A model generated the notes under the pieces. The model did not search any database. It was given only the letters and a program-made list of their open reading frames with translations, and was not told where the DNA came from. Shown here in pieces: positions 62,440-64,000 of a DNA stretch of 64,000 bases (the stretch's first letter is position 1; each line of letters starts with the position of its first letter). The translations under genes and the position numbers were made by a program. This stretch comes from Eledone cirrhosa (taxonomy: Eukaryota), in the NCBI GenBank assembly GCA_964016885.1, contig OZ024744.1, positions 14,880,001-14,944,000 of the forward strand, in the 5' to 3' direction.

Positions 62440-64000
62440 TGTAGATTACTCGAGCAATATGTAATGTATATTACTCCAGCAATATGTAATGTAGATTACT
62501 CCAGCAATATGTAATGTAGATTACTTCAGCAATATGTAATGTAGATTACTCCAGCAATATGTAATATAGATTATTCCAGCAATATGTAATGTAGATTACT
62601 CCAGCAATATGTAATGTAGATTACTCCAGCAATATGTAATGTAGATTACTCCAGCAATATGTAGTGTAGATTACTTCAGCAATATCTAATGTAGATTACT
62701 CCAGCAATATGTAATGTAGATTACGCCAGTAAAATCTAATGTAGATTACTTCAGCAATATGTAATGTATATTACTACAGCAATATGTAATGTAGATTACT
62801 CCAGCAATATGTAATGTATATTTCTCCAGCAATATGTAATGTATATTACTCCAGCAATATGTAATGCAGATTACTCCAGCTATATGTAATGTAGATTACT
62901 CCAGCAATATGTAATGTAGATTACTCCAGCTATATGTAATGTAGATTACTGCAGCAATATGTAGTGTAGATTACTTCAGCAATATCTAATTTAGATTACT
63001 CCAGCAATATGTAATGTAGATTACTCCAGCAATATGTAATGTAGATTACTCCAGCAATATGTAATGTAGATTATTCCAGCAATATGTAATGTATATTACT
63101 TCAGCAATATGTAATGTAGATTACTCCAGCAATATGTAATGTAGATTACTTCAGAAATAGATAATGTAGATTACTCCAGCAATATGTAATGTAGATTACT
63201 CCAGCAATATGTAATGTATATTACTCCAGCAATATGTAATGTAGATTACTCCAGCAATATCTAATGTATATTACTTCAGCAATATGTAATGTAGATTACT
63301 CCAGCAATATGTAATGTAGATTACTCCAGCAATATGTAATGTAGATTACTCCAGCAATATGTAATGTAGATTACTCCAGCAATATGTAATGTAGATTACT
63401 CCAGCAATATGTAATGTAGATTACTCCAGCAATATGTAATGTAGATTACTTCAGCAATAGATAATGTAGATTACTCCAGCAATATGTAATGTAGATTACT
63501 CCAGCAATATGTAATGTAGATTACTCCAGCAATATGTAATGTATATTACTTCAGCAATATGTAGTGCATATTACTCCAGCAATATGTAACGTATATTACT
63601 CCAGCAATATGTAATTTAGATTACTCCAGCAATAAGTAATGTATATTACTCCAGCAATATGTAATGTAGATTACTTCAGCAATATGTAATGTATATTACT
63701 CCAGCAATATATAATGTAGATTACTCCAGCAATATGTAATGTAGATTACTCCAACAATATGTAATGAATATTACTCCAGCAATATGTAATGTAGATTACT
63801 TCAGCAATATGTAATGTAGATTACTCCAGCAATATGTAATGTAGATTACTCCAGCAATATGTAGTGCATATTACTCCAGCAATATGTAATGTAGATTACT
63901 CGAGCAAAATGTAATGTATATTACTCCAGCAATATGTAATGTAGATTACTCCAGCAATATGTAATGTAGATTACTTCAGCAATATGTAATGTAGATTACT
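62440..64000. repeat. Divergent satellite sub-domain with private variants
   Basis: Variants not noticed upstream: aatatctaat (62681, 62981, about 63256), gtagtgtaga (62661, 62961), aatagataat (about 63156, about 63456), tttctcc (62821), aaaatctaat (62731) and aataagtaat (63631). Confidence 0.75.

Larger units (their letters stand above)
1..64000. repeat. 25-bp tandem satellite array, consensus ACTCCAGCAATATGTAATGTAGATT (common variants C4T and G22T), about 2,560 copies, open at both window ends
   Basis: Read directly: 1-25 acttcagcaatatgtaatgtatatt, 26-50 actccagcaatatgtaatgtagatt, and the same unit continues to 64000. No non-repeat interruption or inversion was seen. Most monomers are 0-3 substitutions from consensus, with occasional 21-, 24- and 26-bp length variants. 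Confidence 0.99.

Noticed and set aside
1-64000. CRISPR array (25-bp repeat with internal dyad)
   Set aside because: The repeats abut directly with no unique spacers, and no leader or cas genes are present.
1-64000. Repetitive protein-coding ORF on either strand
   Set aside because: The + strand has ATG-TAA in each monomer and the - strand has TAA (gagTAAt) in each monomer. The 25-bp period rotates these stops through all frames, so open stretches are only about 75 bp, slightly more at rare variants.
1-64000. Long yeast-type telomerase repeat (e.g. the 25-bp Kluyveromyces lactis unit)
   Set aside because: There is no G-rich strand or resemblance to telomeric cores I know. The array is far longer than such telomeres, and variants are inherited in kb-scale blocks, which points to recombinational amplification rather than templated synthesis.
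1-64000. Pure sequencing artefact or rolling-circle concatemer
   Set aside because: Variants recur in ordered, nested and zoned patterns that random error would not generate. Individual near-identical duplications could still be misassembled.
1-64000. Promoter or transcription-factor sites (TATGTAAT, the TTATGTAA D-box-like variant, -10-like AT motifs) and ATG-TAA minimal ORFs
   Set aside because: Short AT-rich matches are expected by chance and are multiplied by the repeat. There is no gene context to support function.
1-64000. G/T and C/T alleles as an information-bearing binary code or diversity-generating cassette
   Set aside because: The patterns are accounted for by block duplication of existing variants. 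No recombinase, reverse transcriptase or expression locus is present in the window.
1-64000. Methylation-driven C-to-T signature indicating host type
   Set aside because: The consensus has no CpG, and the common C-to-T allele is a single site amplified by descent, so it cannot establish a mutational bias by eye.
1-64000. Plasmid iterons or a phage/viral origin repeat
   Set aside because: Iteron arrays have a handful to tens of copies next to a rep gene. This array has thousands of copies and no genes.

Overview
The whole 64 kb window is one uninterrupted head-to-tail satellite array of a 25-bp monomer, consensus ACT(C/T)CAGCAATATGTAATGTA(G/T)ATT. It has about 2,560 copies by length, is roughly 30% GC, and every copy I read is in the same orientation. 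The array runs off both ends of the window. I found no unique sequence, CDS, RNA gene, transposon or CRISPR array. Because 25 is not a multiple of 3, the TAA stops present on both strands fall into every reading frame about every 75 bp. The information lies in the monomer variants. Rare substitutions and small indels recur at fixed offsets and define nested segmental duplications of about 1.7-5.8 kb. They also show variant sets confined to zones of the array and a distinct divergent zone in the last 1.6 kb. The monomer has an internal dyad (GTAAT-4 nt-ATTAC) with the most polymorphic base in its centre, plus a 5-bp sub-period. It looks like eukaryotic heterochromatic satellite DNA, but I do not recognise the family or organism. 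I cannot support a new gene system here, and the functional ideas below are labelled speculation. Offsets were counted by eye from marker variants, so block boundaries are approximate.
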